From Scenedesmus sp. PABB004 (Eukaryota): a stretch of DNA of 64,000 bases. The notes under the pieces were generated by a model. The model searched no databases and was not told the origin of the DNA. It worked only from the letters and a program-made list of their open reading frames with translations. A program made the position numbers and the translations under genes. The stretch covers positions 62,001 to 126,000 of the forward strand of contig JABVCE010000008.1 in assembly GCA_014905635.1 (NCBI GenBank), in the 5' to 3' direction. Of the stretch, positions 1 through 11,805 are shown piece after piece (the stretch's first letter is position 1; every line of letters starts with the position of its first letter).

Positions 1-193
1 CTGCTGCTGCTGATGGTGCGCGGCCTGCTGCTGTTGCTGCTGCTGCTGTTGCTGCAGCAGCTCCTGCTGCTGCAGCGCCGCCTGCTGGTGCTGGTGCACG
101 GCCTGCTGGTGGTCCAGCGCCTGCTGGTGCTGCTGCTGCAGGAGCTCCTGCGTCGCCGCCGCGGCGTGCTGCTGCATGGCCGCCGCGTGCTGG

Positions 194-229
<36 letters not shown>

Positions 230-408
230 GCCGCCGCCGCCTGCATGGCCGCCGCGTGCGCCGCCGCCGCCGCCGCGTGCTGGGCGAGGTGGGGCGCCTC
301 CTCGCCCGGCCAGCCGTTCATCACGAGCGGCCCGCCCGGCGCCTGCTGCGCCGCCACGGCCGCGGCGGCCTCCTGCTCCAGCTTGACGCTGCGCGGCTCG
401 GCGGACAT
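1..408 (-). CDS. 5' part of a Gln/Ala/His-rich protein (MSAEPRSVKLEQEAAAAVAAQQ...), continues beyond the window start; possibly a transcription regulator
   Basis: ATG at 408 on the minus strand in gccATG context, followed by an open frame of CAG/CAC/GCG codons (polyQ) to the window edge; no domain visible. Confidence 0.6.
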
Positions 409-1457
409 GGCTGCCCGCTAGCGACCATGCGGCGTCAGGCGCGGGGCATGGCGGCGGGGCTGCGCGCGCCGCGCCGCGCCGCTGCTGCCGGTCCGCTCGC
501 CGCCGCGCGCGGCGCGCGCCGCCAGCGGGGCTGCCCTGCGGCGTGGGGCGCGGGCGGGGCGCGGGGCGTTGCCTGGCGCGGTCCTGCAGGCCTGCCGCGC
601 CGCCCCGGCGCCGGGCGCGGGACCGGGCGCGCAGCAGGCGTGGGGGCCCGCCGCGGCGCGAGGGCGGGCCCGAGCCCGCCGCGCAGGCGCCGGGGCGACG
701 CAGCGCGGGCCGGGGCGCGGCCGGGGAGCGGCGGAGGCGCACCTGGGGCCCTGGCGGGCGCGGGGCGGGCGCGACGCAGCGGGGGCGCGCGCGCGCGGGG
801 CCGAGGCGCGCGGCGCGGCCGCTCGGGCGCGCCTCTGGCCAGCTCCACGCGCCACGCGCTGCGCTGGAGGCGGCTCTGCTGCTACTGATGCGGGGCGGGC
901 GGGATGCTGCGACCGCGACGCTGCGCCGTCACTGCGACGCCTGGGGTGCTCGGGGAGCGAGAGAGCAGCGCGCCGCCGGCGCTCGCGGCAGGCAGCGGCG
1001 ACAGGCACGCGCGCGCCCCTCGGGGCGCAGCGGGCAGGGCCCAGCACGCGTCCCAGCCTCGCCCCCGGTCCACTCACCGTCACCCCGCGCTCCAGGCAGC
1101 CCCGCACGCGCTGCGCCGCGGGCGCGCACCGGCCCGGCGCAGCAGACGCCTCCCCGCCGCCGCTGCGGCCTGCGGCCAGCCGCGCCCGCGTCCAGGAGTG
1201 CCGGGAGCGCGTGATCGAGGCGCAGGCGGGCAGGTGGGCCCGCCGGCGCGCCCGGGGGGCCGTGCAGCAGCGGGGCAATCACGCGCCCCCGCCTCCCGGC
1301 GCCTGGCGGGGCCGTGCCGGCGCACCCGCGCGCGCCGTGCGCTCATGGACCCGCGGCCGCCCCGTCACCGCGCCGCAGCGGCCAGGCGGCGGCCGAGGGG
1401 GCGCGCGGCGCCGCGCCGTCTCCGCCGCGCCGCCGCGACCGCCGCCGCGGCGCCGCC

Positions 1458-3143
1458 ATGGCCGCCGTGGCGCCCGCGGACGCCGGGCCGGGCGCGGTGG
1501 TGGTGCCCGCGCCGGTGGAGGAGCCGGCGGTGGACCGGGCGAAGCACCCGAGCGGCATCGTGCCGCAGCTGCAAAACGTCGTCGCGACCGTCGACCTGGG
1601 CTGCAAGCTGGAGCTCAAGGACATCGCCCTCCACGCGCGCAACGCAGAGTACAACCCAAAGGTGCGCCCCGGCGCGCGGCGAGCAGCGGCGCGCGGCGAG
1701 CAGCGGCGCGCGGCGAGCAGCGGCGCGCGGCGAGCAGCGGCGCGCGGCGAGCAGCGGCGCGCGGCACGCAGCGGCGCGCCCGGACGGCTGAGCGGCGCCG
1801 CGGTGGTGGTCTGGTCGCTGCGCGGCTCGCAGCGCTTTGCGGCCGTGATCATGCGCATCCGCGAGCCCAAGACCACCGCGCTCATCTTTGCGTCGGGCAA
1901 GATGGTCTGCACCGGCGCCAAGAGCGAGGCGGAGTCGCGCCTCGCGGCCAAGAAGGTACGGCCGCAGCTGGGCGCGGCGTGGCAGCCGCCCGCGCCTCCG
2001 TGTGGGGGCAGCGCCGCCGCCGCCGCCGCCGCTTGGGGCTGCCCGCGCCGCCCGCACGCGTGCGCGCTCGCGCGCCAGCCGACGCGACGCCCTCCCGGCC
2101 GCCCCGAACCTCGCGCGCGGCGCGCCTGCGCATCGCCGCAGTACTGCCGCATCGTGCAGCGCACGGGGTTTGAGGAGGTGAAGATGAAGGACTTTAAGAT
2201 CCAAAACATGGTCGGCTCGTGCGACGTCAAGTTCCCCATCCGCCTCGAGGGCCTCGCCTACTCGCACGGCTACTTTGCGACCGTGAGCCCGCGCGCCGCT
2301 GGCGCCGCCGCCGCGCCGCGCCACCCGGCCCGGTCGCGCGCGCGCCGCGCCGCGCCGCGCGCCGCCGCCGCCGCCGCCGCCGAGCCCCTGCTGTGTGTCG
2401 CGCGCGCTGCGCGTGCGCAGTATGAGCCGGAGCTCTTCCCCGGGCTCATCTACCGCATGAAGGACCCCAAGATCGTGCTGCTCATCTTTGTGTCCGGCAA
2501 GGTCGTGCTCACGGGTGGGTGGGCGGGCGCCGCGGCGCGGCGCGGCTTGCCGCGCGCCGCGCCGGCCAAGGCCGCGGCGCAGCGCGGCGCAGCGCAGTGC
2601 CACGAGCGCCTCGCGCCGCCGCGGCCGCGCGTGCCGGCTGCAGGCGCGAAGCAGCGGGAGCAGATCTACGCCGCGTTTGAGAACATCTACCCCACGCTGC
2701 AGGAGTTCCGCAAGCGCGACGCCGCCGACGCGGCGGGGCTCGCGGCGCTCGCGGCGGCGCCGGCCGGCGCCGACGCGGCGCGCGCGCCCGGCGCGCCCGG
2801 CAGCAGCGCGGCGGCCGCGGCGGCGGGCGGCCTGGGCGGCGGCATGATGCCGCCGCCGGCGCGGCGCCAGGGCGGGCCGATGCAGCCGCCGCCGGCGACG
2901 CCCGGCCCGGAGCACGGCGCGCCCGCGGCGACGCCGGCGCACCACGACTCGCGCCCGCCGCCGACGCCGCAGCACGCGCCGCCGGCGACGCCCGCGTACG
3001 TGCCGCCGGCGACGCCCGCGTGGCAGATCCCCGCCACGCCCGGGTTTGCGTCCATGCCCTCGCTGCCGGCGTACCGCGCGCCCGCGGCGCCCATGGCGCC
3101 GCCGCTGCCGCGCGCGCCCGGCGCGCCGCCGCCCAAGCAGTGA
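1458..3143 (+). CDS. TBP: TATA-box binding protein with a long Pro/Ala/Thr-rich C-terminal extension; exons ~1458-1661, 1833-1955, 2142-2282, 2421-2514, 2644-3143
   Basis: [102 protein letters not shown] introns. Confidence 0.97.
   Translation: MAAVAPADAGPGAVVVPAPVEEPAVDRAKHPSGIVPQLQNVVATVDLGCKLELKDIALHARNAEYNPKVRPGARRAAARGEQRRAASSGARRAAARGEQRRAARSGAPGRLSGAAVVVWSLRGSQRFAAVIMRIREPKTTALIFASGKMVCTGAKSEAESRLAAKKVRPQLGAAWQPPAPPCGGSAAAAAAAWGCPRRPHACALARQPTRRPPGRPEPRARRACASPQYCRIVQRTGFEEVKMKDFKIQNMVGSCDVKFPIRLEGLAYSHGYFATVSPRAAGAAAAPRHPARSRARRAAPRAAAAAAAEPLLCVARAARAQYEPELFPGLIYRMKDPKIVLLIFVSGKVVLTGGWAGAAARRGLPRAAPAKAAAQRGAAQCHERLAPPRPRVPAAGAKQREQIYAAFENIYPTLQEFRKRDAADAAGLAALAAAPAGADAARAPGAPGSSAAAAAAGGLGGGMMPPPARRQGGPMQPPPATPGPEHGAPAATPAHHDSRPPPTPQHAPPATPAYVPPATPAWQIPATPGFASMPSLPAYRAPAAPMAPPLPRAPGAPPPKQ
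1671..1775 (+). repeat. 17-bp tandem repeat (GGCGCGCGGCGAGCAGC) x~5 in TBP intron 1
   Basis: Directly visible tandem units. Confidence 0.85.
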
Positions 3144-3568
3144 GCGACGGCGGCGACGGGCCTCGGCGACGGGCCCCGGCGACGGGCCTCGGGCCGGGCG
3201 GCGCCGGCGCCCCCGGCGCCGACACGCACAAACTCAATTGCACTCTTGGCGCGAATCTGTTTCGAGCGCCGCCCCGCGCGCGCCGGGCGCGCGGCAGCTG
3301 GGACGCTGCCGCCCCGGCCGGCGGCCGGCGGCGAGGTGACGGCGGAGTTGATGTCCCGTCGTGGGCCGCGCCCCGCCCGTCCTTGGCTGCACGGCGAGCG
3401 GCGGCTCAGCGCGGTTGCGCCCCGCCGACGACGGCGCTGCCCCAGCCGCCCAATTCAGCTGCCGGGCCAGCCACATCTCGCAGCGCCGCGCCACAGCCCC
3501 AGCAGCCGCAGCCGCCCACGCCGGCCGCCGCCGCCGCTGCCAGAAGCATCCAGCGCTCGCGCGCAGCC

Positions 3569-3822
3569 ATGCAGTCGCTGCAGGCCCGCAGCGCGCGCTG
3601 CGGCGTCGCCCAGCGCGGCAGCAGCCGGCTACAGGTGGTGGCGCGCGCGGAGGCGATTGCCGTGCCGGCGGGCAAGAAGGCGAGTGCTGCTGCTGCCCGC
3701 GCGGCGGGCGGGGCGCGGGGGGCGGCCGACGGGGCCTGGCAGCGCCCCGAGCAGCGTGGCGCGGCAAGTACGGCGGCAATGGGCCATTGCCGGGCCGGCG
3801 ACGGGCGCCGCGCGGCGCGGCA

Positions 3823-3856
<34 letters not shown>

Positions 3857-5004
3857 TGCCGGCGGCCCGCGCCGACGCGCGCGTGCGCCCGCAGGTGGAG
3901 CCCAAGGGCGACCGCGTGCTGGTCAAGGTGGCCAAGCAGGAGGAGAAGACGCGCGGCGGCATCCTGCTCCCCGTGTCGGCGCAGAAGCGGCCGACGTCCG
4001 GTGCGCGTGCCGGCAGCGCCCGCGCCCGCGCCGCGGCCGGGAGCGCGCGCGCCCCGCCAGCAGCGGCGCCTCACGCGCCGCCGCCGCGCGCGCAGGCGAC
4101 GTGGTGTCGCTGGGCGACGGCCGCGTCGGCGACGGCAGCGTGCGGCCGTTCACGCTCAAGCCTGGGCAGACGGTGCTGTACAGCAAGTTTGGGTTCATGT
4201 ACACGGAGCTCAAGGCGGGCGAGGATGAGCTCATCCTCATCCGCGAGGACGACGTCATCGGTGCGTGCGTGCCTCTGTGTGTGTGTGTGTGTGGTGGGGG
4301 GGGGCGGATGGATGGATGGATGGGATTAGGAGGGGCGGAGGGGAGAGGGGGAGGCCGGCGCCGGCGGCGCGGCGGCCCGGCGGCGCGCGTGCCGGCGGCG
4401 GCGCGGCGGCCGACCCGCCGCGCCGCGTCGGCGCGCAGGCGTGCTGCCGCGCAGCGACGCGGTCGCGGACGACATCCCCGAGCTGGTGCCGCTGGGCGAC
4501 CGCGTGCTGATCCGGGTGGAGGAGACCGCCGACGTCACGATCGGCGGCGTGGTGCTGCCGGACAGCGCCAAGGAGCGGCCGCTGAGGTGGGGCGGCGCGC
4601 CGGGCGGCGCGCCGGGCGGGGCGCGATTGTGGCGGGTTGCCGCGCGCGTGGCCTGACCGGTGGGCCGGCGCGTCGCACCCGCCGCCACCGCAGCGGCACC
4701 GTGGTGCGCGCGGGGCCGGGCAAGTACGACGCCGACGCGGAGGGCGGGCGCAAGGCGATGATCGTCAAGCCGGGCGACAAGGTGCGCGCCGCCCGCGGCG
4801 TCGGCCGCCGCGGCGCAACGCGGCGCGGCGCGCACCGACTGGGGTCCGGGACGCTCACACCGCCCGCCGCGCCGTGCCCCCCTCCCCCCAACCAAACCAA
4901 AGGTGCTGTACTTCAAGTACGCGGGCGACAACATGGAGACGCCCGACGGCGCCAAGTTCATCGTGCTGCGCGAGGACGACATCCTCACCCGCCTCGCCGC
5001 CTGA
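3569..5004 (+). CDS. CPN23: Chloroplast co-chaperonin with two GroES domains (Cpn20/Cpn23 type), multi-exon, with transit peptide
   Basis: [26 protein letters not shown]...IREDDVIG; second domain [31 protein letters not shown]...[14 protein letters not shown]...LREDDIL; R/S/A-rich N-terminus. Confidence 0.93.
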
Positions 5005-5337
5005 CCTGGCCGGGCGTGACGACGCGGCGGCGGCGGTCTGCGCAGGATGGCGGCGGTAACGCGCCCGCACCCGTGCGGCCTCGATCGCGCGTGTGTCACC
5101 GCGCGGCGCGAAGTGCTGCTGTTCACGCAAACTTCCTCAGGGACCCCGTGGGCAGGGACCCCGCGCCGCCGCTCCCGCGTTGTCGCTCCCCGCGGTCCGC
5201 GTCGCCGAGCCCGCCACTTCGCGGCAGCGCCCGCGCCCGCGCCGCGCCCCGTCAGCCCGCCCGGCCGCCGTGCAGCCTTTGCGGCCGCCTCCCCGCCCGC
5301 CCAGCCCGCCGCGCGCCTACCACGCACGCGCGACGTG

Positions 5338-7192
5338 ATGGCTAGGCCCCCGGGCGCAGCTTTGGCGGCGCTGCTGGCCCTCAGCGCGGCCCTGGGCGCC
5401 GCGGGGCAGCCCATCGTCGAGCCGGGCGACTCCCCGCGCCCTGCGCCGCAGCGCGCCTCCTTGTTCGACCGCGGTACCATTGCTGAGCTCCGCGACATCG
5501 GTGAGCGCCGGCACGGCGGCAGCGCGGCGCCGACGGCGGCGGCACCGGCGGCGACAGCGGCCGCGCCGCGCGCGCAGCTGCGCGCGCGGGGTGAGCTCAC
5601 CCTGCAGGGTGAGCTCACCCCGCGCCGCCGCCCCGCACGCGGCGCGCGCAGTGTCGGCCCTGCGCTTCCCCGGGAGCGCCAAGATGGCACCCGTGCTGCT
5701 CGACGAGGTCGACGCGCGCTCGTACGGCGGGGGCCTGTGGGTGCGCAACGAATTCTTGATCGACTTCGCCCCCGGCACGCCCCCCGACGAGCGCGCCCGC
5801 ATCGAGCGCCTCATTGCCAGCGAGGGCGGCGCCGTAATCTACCGCGGCGGCGTCGCGTTCGAGGGCCTCGTGTTTCGGGTGCGCGCGCGGCGGGGCGCGT
5901 GCGCAGCGCGCGCGCGCGCGGGTTGCCCGCCGCCCCGCTCATGCCCCGCGCCGCGGCCGCGCGCAGGGGCCCGAGAGCCTCGCCGGCAAGGTGCACGTGC
6001 TCAACTGCCTCGTCGACTCGCACGCTGTGCAGCGCGCCGCGCCCAACATGGTCTCCAGCGTCGACGCCGTGCAGCGCGACCCGGGGTGGGGCCTGGACCG
6101 CATCGACGCCCGCAAGCTGCCGCTTAACAAGCGCTACGCCTACAACTCGACCGGCGCGGGCGTGACCGTGTATGTCGTCGACAGTGGCGTCGCGACGGCG
6201 CACGCAGACTTTGGGGGCCGGGCAGCGTTTGGCGCCGACCTCATTAACGACGGCAGCCTCCAGGGCGACTGCCACGGCCACGGCACGCACGTCGCGGGCG
6301 TGGTCGCGGGGACGCGCTTCGGCGCCGCCAAGCGCGCGTCGGTCGTGTCGGTGCGCATCCTCGACTGCACCGGCGCGGGCGACAGCTCCGCCTTCTTCGC
6401 CGCGCTCGACTGGATCACGGCCGACGCGACCGGCGGCGCCCGGCGCAAGCGCTGCGTCGTCAACCTCAGCATCTCCTTTGGCGGCGCGGTGCCCATGATT
6501 GACGACGCGGTGCGGCACACGCGGCCGGGCGCGGCGCACAGCGCGGCGCCGCGCGGCGCGGCCACGCGCGCCGCCCTCACTCTCCGCGCCCCCTTCCCCT
6601 CTCCCGTGATTCTCTCGTTGTCGGCGGCGGCGCGCAGATCCGCAACGCCCAGAACGCGAGCGGCTGCGCGTTTGTGGTCGCGGCGGGCAACTCGAACAAG
6701 AACGCCTGCACCTACAGCCCGGGCAGCACGGCCGAGGCGATCACGGTCGGCGCGACCGACGCGGGCGACGCGCGCAGCTCCTTCTCCAACTTCGGGCGCT
6801 GCCTTGACCTCTTTGCGCCCGGCAGCGTCATCCCCTCGGCCAGCAACACCGACCCGACAGGCACCGTGCTCTACAGCGGCACCAGCCAGGCGGCGCCGCA
6901 CGTCGCAGGCGCGGCGCGCGGCGCGCAGCGCGGCGCGCAGCGTGGCGCGGCGCGCCTGCCGCAGTCCCGCAGCCGGCCGGCGCCGCCCGCGGTCCGCCGG
7001 CGCCCGCCGACGCCGCCGGCCGCCCGCCGCCCGCCGCCGGCGCGCGCAGGCGTGGCCGCGCTGTTCCTGAGCCGCAACCCCACCGCCAGCCCGCAGCAGG
7101 TGCGCGACGCGCTCGTCGCCGGCGCGGCGCGCGGCGTGCTGACTGGCATCGGCACGGGCAGCCCCAACCGCCTGCTGTGGAACCACTGGTGA
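5338..7192 (+). CDS. Secreted subtilisin-like serine protease (S8A, proteinase K/aqualysin type) with signal peptide and I9-like prodomain
   Basis: Signal MARPPGAALAALLALSAALGAAG; WGLDRIDAR; catalytic motifs VYVVDSG, HGHGTHVAG, VAAGN, SGTSQAAPHVAG; introns at ~5501-5651, 5879-5966, 6510-6637, 6909-7049. Confidence 0.93.
5584..5625. repeat. Perfect 42-bp palindrome in subtilisin intron 1
   Basis: GCGCGGGGTGAGCTCACCCTG|CAGGGTGAGCTCACCCCGCGC, checked base by base. Confidence 0.9.
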
Positions 7193-8003
7193 GAACGCAA
7201 CGCGGGAGCTGGGGCGTGAGCGCGCCCCCGGCGGACGCAGCCGTTTGAACCGCGCGGCGCCCGGGGCGACTAGCTGCATTTCATACCTTGGATGGGCGCG
7301 CCGTGCGCACGGCCTGCCTGCAAGCACTGACCAGCGCCGGGGCGCGCCCTTTTGTGCATGTGGCATCGGCGCCACTGCGATCAACTGCCGCCAGCACCCT
7401 TTCTTGCGCTCGCGGCCGGGGCCTAGCAGAGTCTCTTTGCACGTTCTCAGTCTCGCACGTTTCGTCATTGTTTGTCTCGCACGCATTGAATTGACCAGAG
7501 TCAGCTTGCACGAGTCGACTTCTTCGCACCGCACAGCAGGCCGCGCTGCCTGCGCGCGCCCCAACGCACGAGCGCATGAACTGAGTGAGCTGATGGACGC
7601 GCGTCCTGCTGAGCAGCCGGCCCTGGGATTGGTGGCCTGCAGGCCTGCAGGCACCAAGCTTTCGCCTGCGCTGCGCCCTCCTGGAGGGAGGGCAGCGGCG
7701 AGCGACCCCACAAGACCGCCCCCTGCATCCCTGCGCATGCGCGCTGCTCTGGTTGATCCTGTGGAGTGCTGGCGCTGAGCAGTGCCGGCCCTGGCGCGGA
7801 CGGCACGGCGAGCTGGTGGCGCGTGCCGGCGCCTATGTGTCGCCTCGAGGGTAACCTCGCGCAGGTTTCAACGCGGCGAGGTTGCCCGCACTCCCGCACC
7901 ACGCTGCGCGACACGGCGCTGCGACAAATGCTCTCTCCTGCGCTGCGGCAGCGTGTCTCAGCTGCCCCCGCCGCCAGCTTCACCTGCCCGGGGGCCCATC
8001 AGC

Positions 8004-9383
8004 TCAGCTGAGCACGCACGTCGTGGCGGCCGCCTCCTGCGCCGCGCCGCCCTGCCCGCAGCGCTCGCTGTGCGCCACCAGCGCCACCGCATCCGCAAAC
8101 ACGCCGCCGCAGCGCGGGCAGCCAAAACGCTCGCCGCCGCCCCGCGGCGAGGGCTGCGAGCCGGTGAGGTCCACCACCTCGGGCGCGTCGCCGCGCCGCT
8201 CGGCGTGCGCCGCCTCGGCGTGCGCGATCAGCGCCGCCACGCTCGCAAAGCGCGCGGGGCAGTGCGGGCAGCGCTCGGCGCCCTCACCGCCTTCGTTGGT
8301 GCTGCGCGGGGGCAGGCCCTGCGGCGGCGGCGGCGGCAGGCGCGGCGGCAGCACCGTGACGCGCCGTCGGACGCCGCAGGCACGCGAGCGCGGCGAGCCG
8401 CGCAGCGCCGGCGGGCAGCGGCGACGTGCGCTCACCAGCAGCTGGCGGCGCCGCTCCGCGCTGCCGTGCACGGTGTTGGTGGGTTCCGCGGCCGCCGCGC
8501 GCTGCTGCTGTTGCCGCTGCTGCTGCCGCTGCTGCTGCGGCCGCTGCTGCGCCGCCGGCCTGCCAGTCGCGGGCGCTGCGGAGCCGCCGCCGCGCAGCTC
8601 CGACAGCAGGCTGCGCCCCGCCGCAGAGACCGCGGCTGCGGCCGCCGCCACCGCCGAGGCGGGCTGCTGCCGCTGCGCCAGCGGGTGCGCTGCGGGCGGC
8701 GGCGGCGGGCGGGCGGCGGTGGGCGGCGCGCCAACCGCCGCGGTGTGCTGAGCGAGCAGCTGGCCCGCATGGGCACGGCCTCATGCGCACCCGCGCGGCC
8801 CTTGCAGGCGTGGTCGTCCTCGTGCCGGTGCTTCAGGCACACGCGCTGCCCGCAGACCTGAGTGCGCGGCGCGGAGGCGCATGATGAGCAGGGCGCGCGC
8901 TGCCGCTGCCCGCCGCTGCTCCGCGCGCGCCGCCGCCGCGCCAGGCCAGGGCTGCTGCCGCCCTTGCCGTTCTCCAGCGCAGCTGCGCCCACGCACCTTG
9001 CAGGTGTAGGCGTTGATGACGCTGAGCTTCTCCCTGCACCCCGGCGCGCCGCACCGCGGCTTCCGGTGCACGCGCCCGTAGTTCTCGGGGTCGCACTCCA
9101 CGCTGCCCGCGTGCGCCTCCCACGCGGCGTGCGGGTCGGCCCCAGGCCCCACGCGCACGCCCTTGGCGCAGAGCGGGCAGACCAGCACCTCCAGGGAGCG
9201 GCCAGCAGCGGCCGCGCAGGCGTGGCTCGCGTACGTGCGGTGCTGCAGGCAGGTCGTCGCGCCGCAGGCGTCGCAGGTGAAGGGCAGGAAGTCGAGCTGC
9301 GCGCAGTCCGGCACGCTGCAGTGCTTCCCGAGGCCGAGCAGGTCGGGCTGGTCGCCGTGCGCGGCGGCGGGCGCCGCTGCCAT
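8004..9383 (-). CDS. AN1-type zinc finger protein (two AN1 plus two C2H2-like fingers; SAP11-13/ZFAND2-like) with C-terminal CaaX
   Basis: LGKHCSVPDCAQLDFLPFTCDACGATTCLQHRTYASHAC, CPLCAKGV, second AN1 CGAPGCREKL...CK|VCGQRVCLKHRHEDDHAC, CPHCPARF..H...H, ends TTCVLS*. Confidence 0.9.
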
Positions 9384-9530
9384 GGTGGTGTGGTGACGGC
9401 GGCGGCTCGGCGGAGGCTGTCGGCGAGCGCGTGTGTGCGTCGGCTGCGCTGCGGTGGGCAGCAGCCTGGCGGCGCGCCGGCGGCCGAGCTGAACCGCACG
9501 AGTGCCGTGACGCGCTTTAGCTGAGGCGCA

Positions 9531-11469
9531 TTACGTAATACCCTTCCCTCGTCGCTCACGCCGGGCAGCGCGTGTGCGGCTGCCCCGTCCCCAGTGGCTC
9601 GCGCACAGACGCGGCCGCCCGCGCCGCCTGCAGCGGCACCGCGCGCGCGCGCCGGCCTCCTCGCACGCGCGCCGGCTGCCCTGCGCGCCGCACGCGGCGG
9701 CGGCGTCCGAGGCCTGCCGTCCCCAGCGGTCCAGGCCGGGCGTGAACACGTCCGCGGCGCAGCCGCCGCGCCGCCACGAGCAGCCCGGCCGCGCGGCGCA
9801 CCAGGCGCGCGCCTGGGGCGCGCCCAGGCCGCGCGGGGCGCGGGCGCAGGCATCCAACAGCCGCAGGTAGCACGCGGCCGAGCAGTCGCCAACCGCGCTC
9901 GCCTCGAGCGCCGCGCTCGCCGCGCTCGCCGCGGCGCTCGCAACGCAGCTGTGGCTCGACGCCTCAAAGGCGCACCCGGCGGCGGACGGGCCCGCGGCCG
10001 CGCTGCACACGCGCGGCGCCCACGCCCCGGCGCCATCCATTGGGTACAGGTTGCCACACCCGCCGCTGGCGGCCGCGAGCGAGCCGGGGCAGGCGAGGCC
10101 GTTGACCGAGGTGAGCGCGCGCGCGGCGCGCGCCGCGTCGCCCGCGGCGGCCAGCGGCTGCGCGGCGAACGCCGCCCACTCGGCCATCGCCGTGCCGTGG
10201 CAGCCGTCGTCGTAGCCGGCGGCGCCGCTGCTCATGGCCCAGCCGCAGCCGAGGCCCGGCGGCGAGAGGTCGAGGCAGGCGGCGGGCGTGGTGAAAGCGG
10301 TGCACGCGTGGTCGCGCGCCGCGGCCGCGCTCACGAGCCTGCGCACGGCGCGGGGGCGCGGGCGCGGGCCGTGTCTGCGCTCCGCCGCGCCGCGCGGCGG
10401 GGCCCCGTGCGCCCCGCCGGCGGGGCGCGCCCGCGCCCGCCGGCGGGCGCGGCAGGGCGGGCGCGGCCGCACTTTGCGACGAAGCTCTCGGGCGTGCCGG
10501 GCAGCGCCAGCAGGTAGGCACGGGCGACGGTGCAGGCGCCAAGGTCGCGCCGCCACTCGCACGACGGCACAAGGCCCGGGGGCAGCGCCGGCGGGCTGCG
10601 CGCTGTTGCTGGCACCTCCGCCAGCGCGGGTGCGGGCTTGGGCACGGCGGCAGGGCCGGCGCGGCGCGGCGGCTTCGCCGGCGCGAGCGCCTCGTGTGCG
10701 CCCTGAAGCCCACCGAGCAGCGAGGCGGCGAGCGCGCCCACCGCCGCCGCTGCGCCGCTGAACAGCGCGCCCACCGACGCCAGCGGGCCCGCCAGCCCCA
10801 GCGCCGCGCCGACCGACAGCTGCGCGAGCGGCGGCGCCGCCGGTGCCTGCCTGGGCGCGGGCTTGCGCTCGGCCGCCGCTGCCACCGCCACCGGCCGAGC
10901 TGCAGGCTTGCCCGGCGGCGGCGCCGGCTTCGCCGCCTGCTTGGCCACCGGCGGTGGCGCCTGGGTCGCCGCCGCGGGCTTGGCCGGTGCCGGCTCTGCC
11001 GGGGCTTGACCGCAGGCGGCGGTGTGTTGCGGGCCGCCGCAGGAGTCTTGGCCGGGGCGGGCTTCGCCGAGGGCTTGGCCGCAGGGGGCGGTGCGTGGTG
11101 GGCCGCCGCAGCGAGCTTCGCCGGCGCCGGCTTCGACGGAGGCTTGGCCGCCGGCGGCGATGCGTGGTGGGCCGCCGCGGGCTTGGCCGGTGCCGGCTTC
11201 ACCGGAGGCTTGGCCGCGGGGGGCGATGCGTGGTGGGCCGCCGCTGTGGGCTTGGCCGGCGCCGGCATTGCCGGGGGCTTGGCAGCAGGCTGCCGTGCGT
11301 GGTGGGCCGCTGCCGCGGGCTTGGCCGGCGCCGGCTTCACCGGGGGCTTGGCCGCCGTCGATGCGCGGTGGTGGGCTGCCGCCGCGGGCTTGGCCGGCGC
11401 CGCCTCCGTGCCAGCCGCCGCTGCTGCAACGCCCAGCAGCAACGCCGCAGCCAGCGCTCGGCGCCACAT
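9531..11469 (-). CDS. Secreted protein with N-terminal Pro/Ala/Lys/His tandem repeats and a Cys-rich C-terminal domain (cell wall/matrix-like); apparent 1-bp frameshift near 11001; 3' end uncertain
   Basis: Signal MWRRALAAALLLGVAAAAAG; repeats PAPAKPAAAAHHxxPPAAKPPxK; downstream CEWRRDLGAC, CTAFTTPAAC, WCAARPGCSW; intron ~10335-10470. Confidence 0.7.
10960..11400 (-). repeat. Coding tandem repeat, about 7 units of ~66-69 bp (22-23 aa)
   Basis: Recurrent plus-strand unit GGCTTGGCCGG(C/T)GCCGGCTTC...TGCGTGGTGGGCCGCCGC. Confidence 0.85.
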
Positions 11470-11805
11470 GCTGCTCGGATGGGGCTCCTTGACCGAAAGG
11501 CGCGCGCGCTTGACCGGCCACCGGGGCGCTCGCCTGCTCACCTGGCGCTGTCTGCTGCTGCTGGTGCGCGCTGGGCTACACGCGGGTCTCATGGCCGGCC
11601 GCGCTGGCGCCGCGCTCGGTCGCGCCGCAGTCGCGCGTGCCGCTGCGGCGCAGGGCACAGGGCGCGACGCTCGCGGCCGCCGGCGCGGCCCCGGGCAGCT
11701 GCCACGGCCGATCACCGCGGCCAGATCACGCGCCTGGGCCGCCGGGCCGCGATGGCGTGAGGGGAGCAGCAGCAGCAGAGCGCGCGCGCCACCGCCGACG
11801 CGCCC

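Noticed and set aside
7849..7887. SECIS element downstream of a TGA-ending gene
   Set aside because: No RUGA/GA quartet flanking the stem on either strand; the adjacent TGAs fall at natural protein ends.
10960..11400. CRISPR-like array
   Set aside because: In-frame degenerate coding repeat in a eukaryotic secreted protein; no unique spacers or cas genes.
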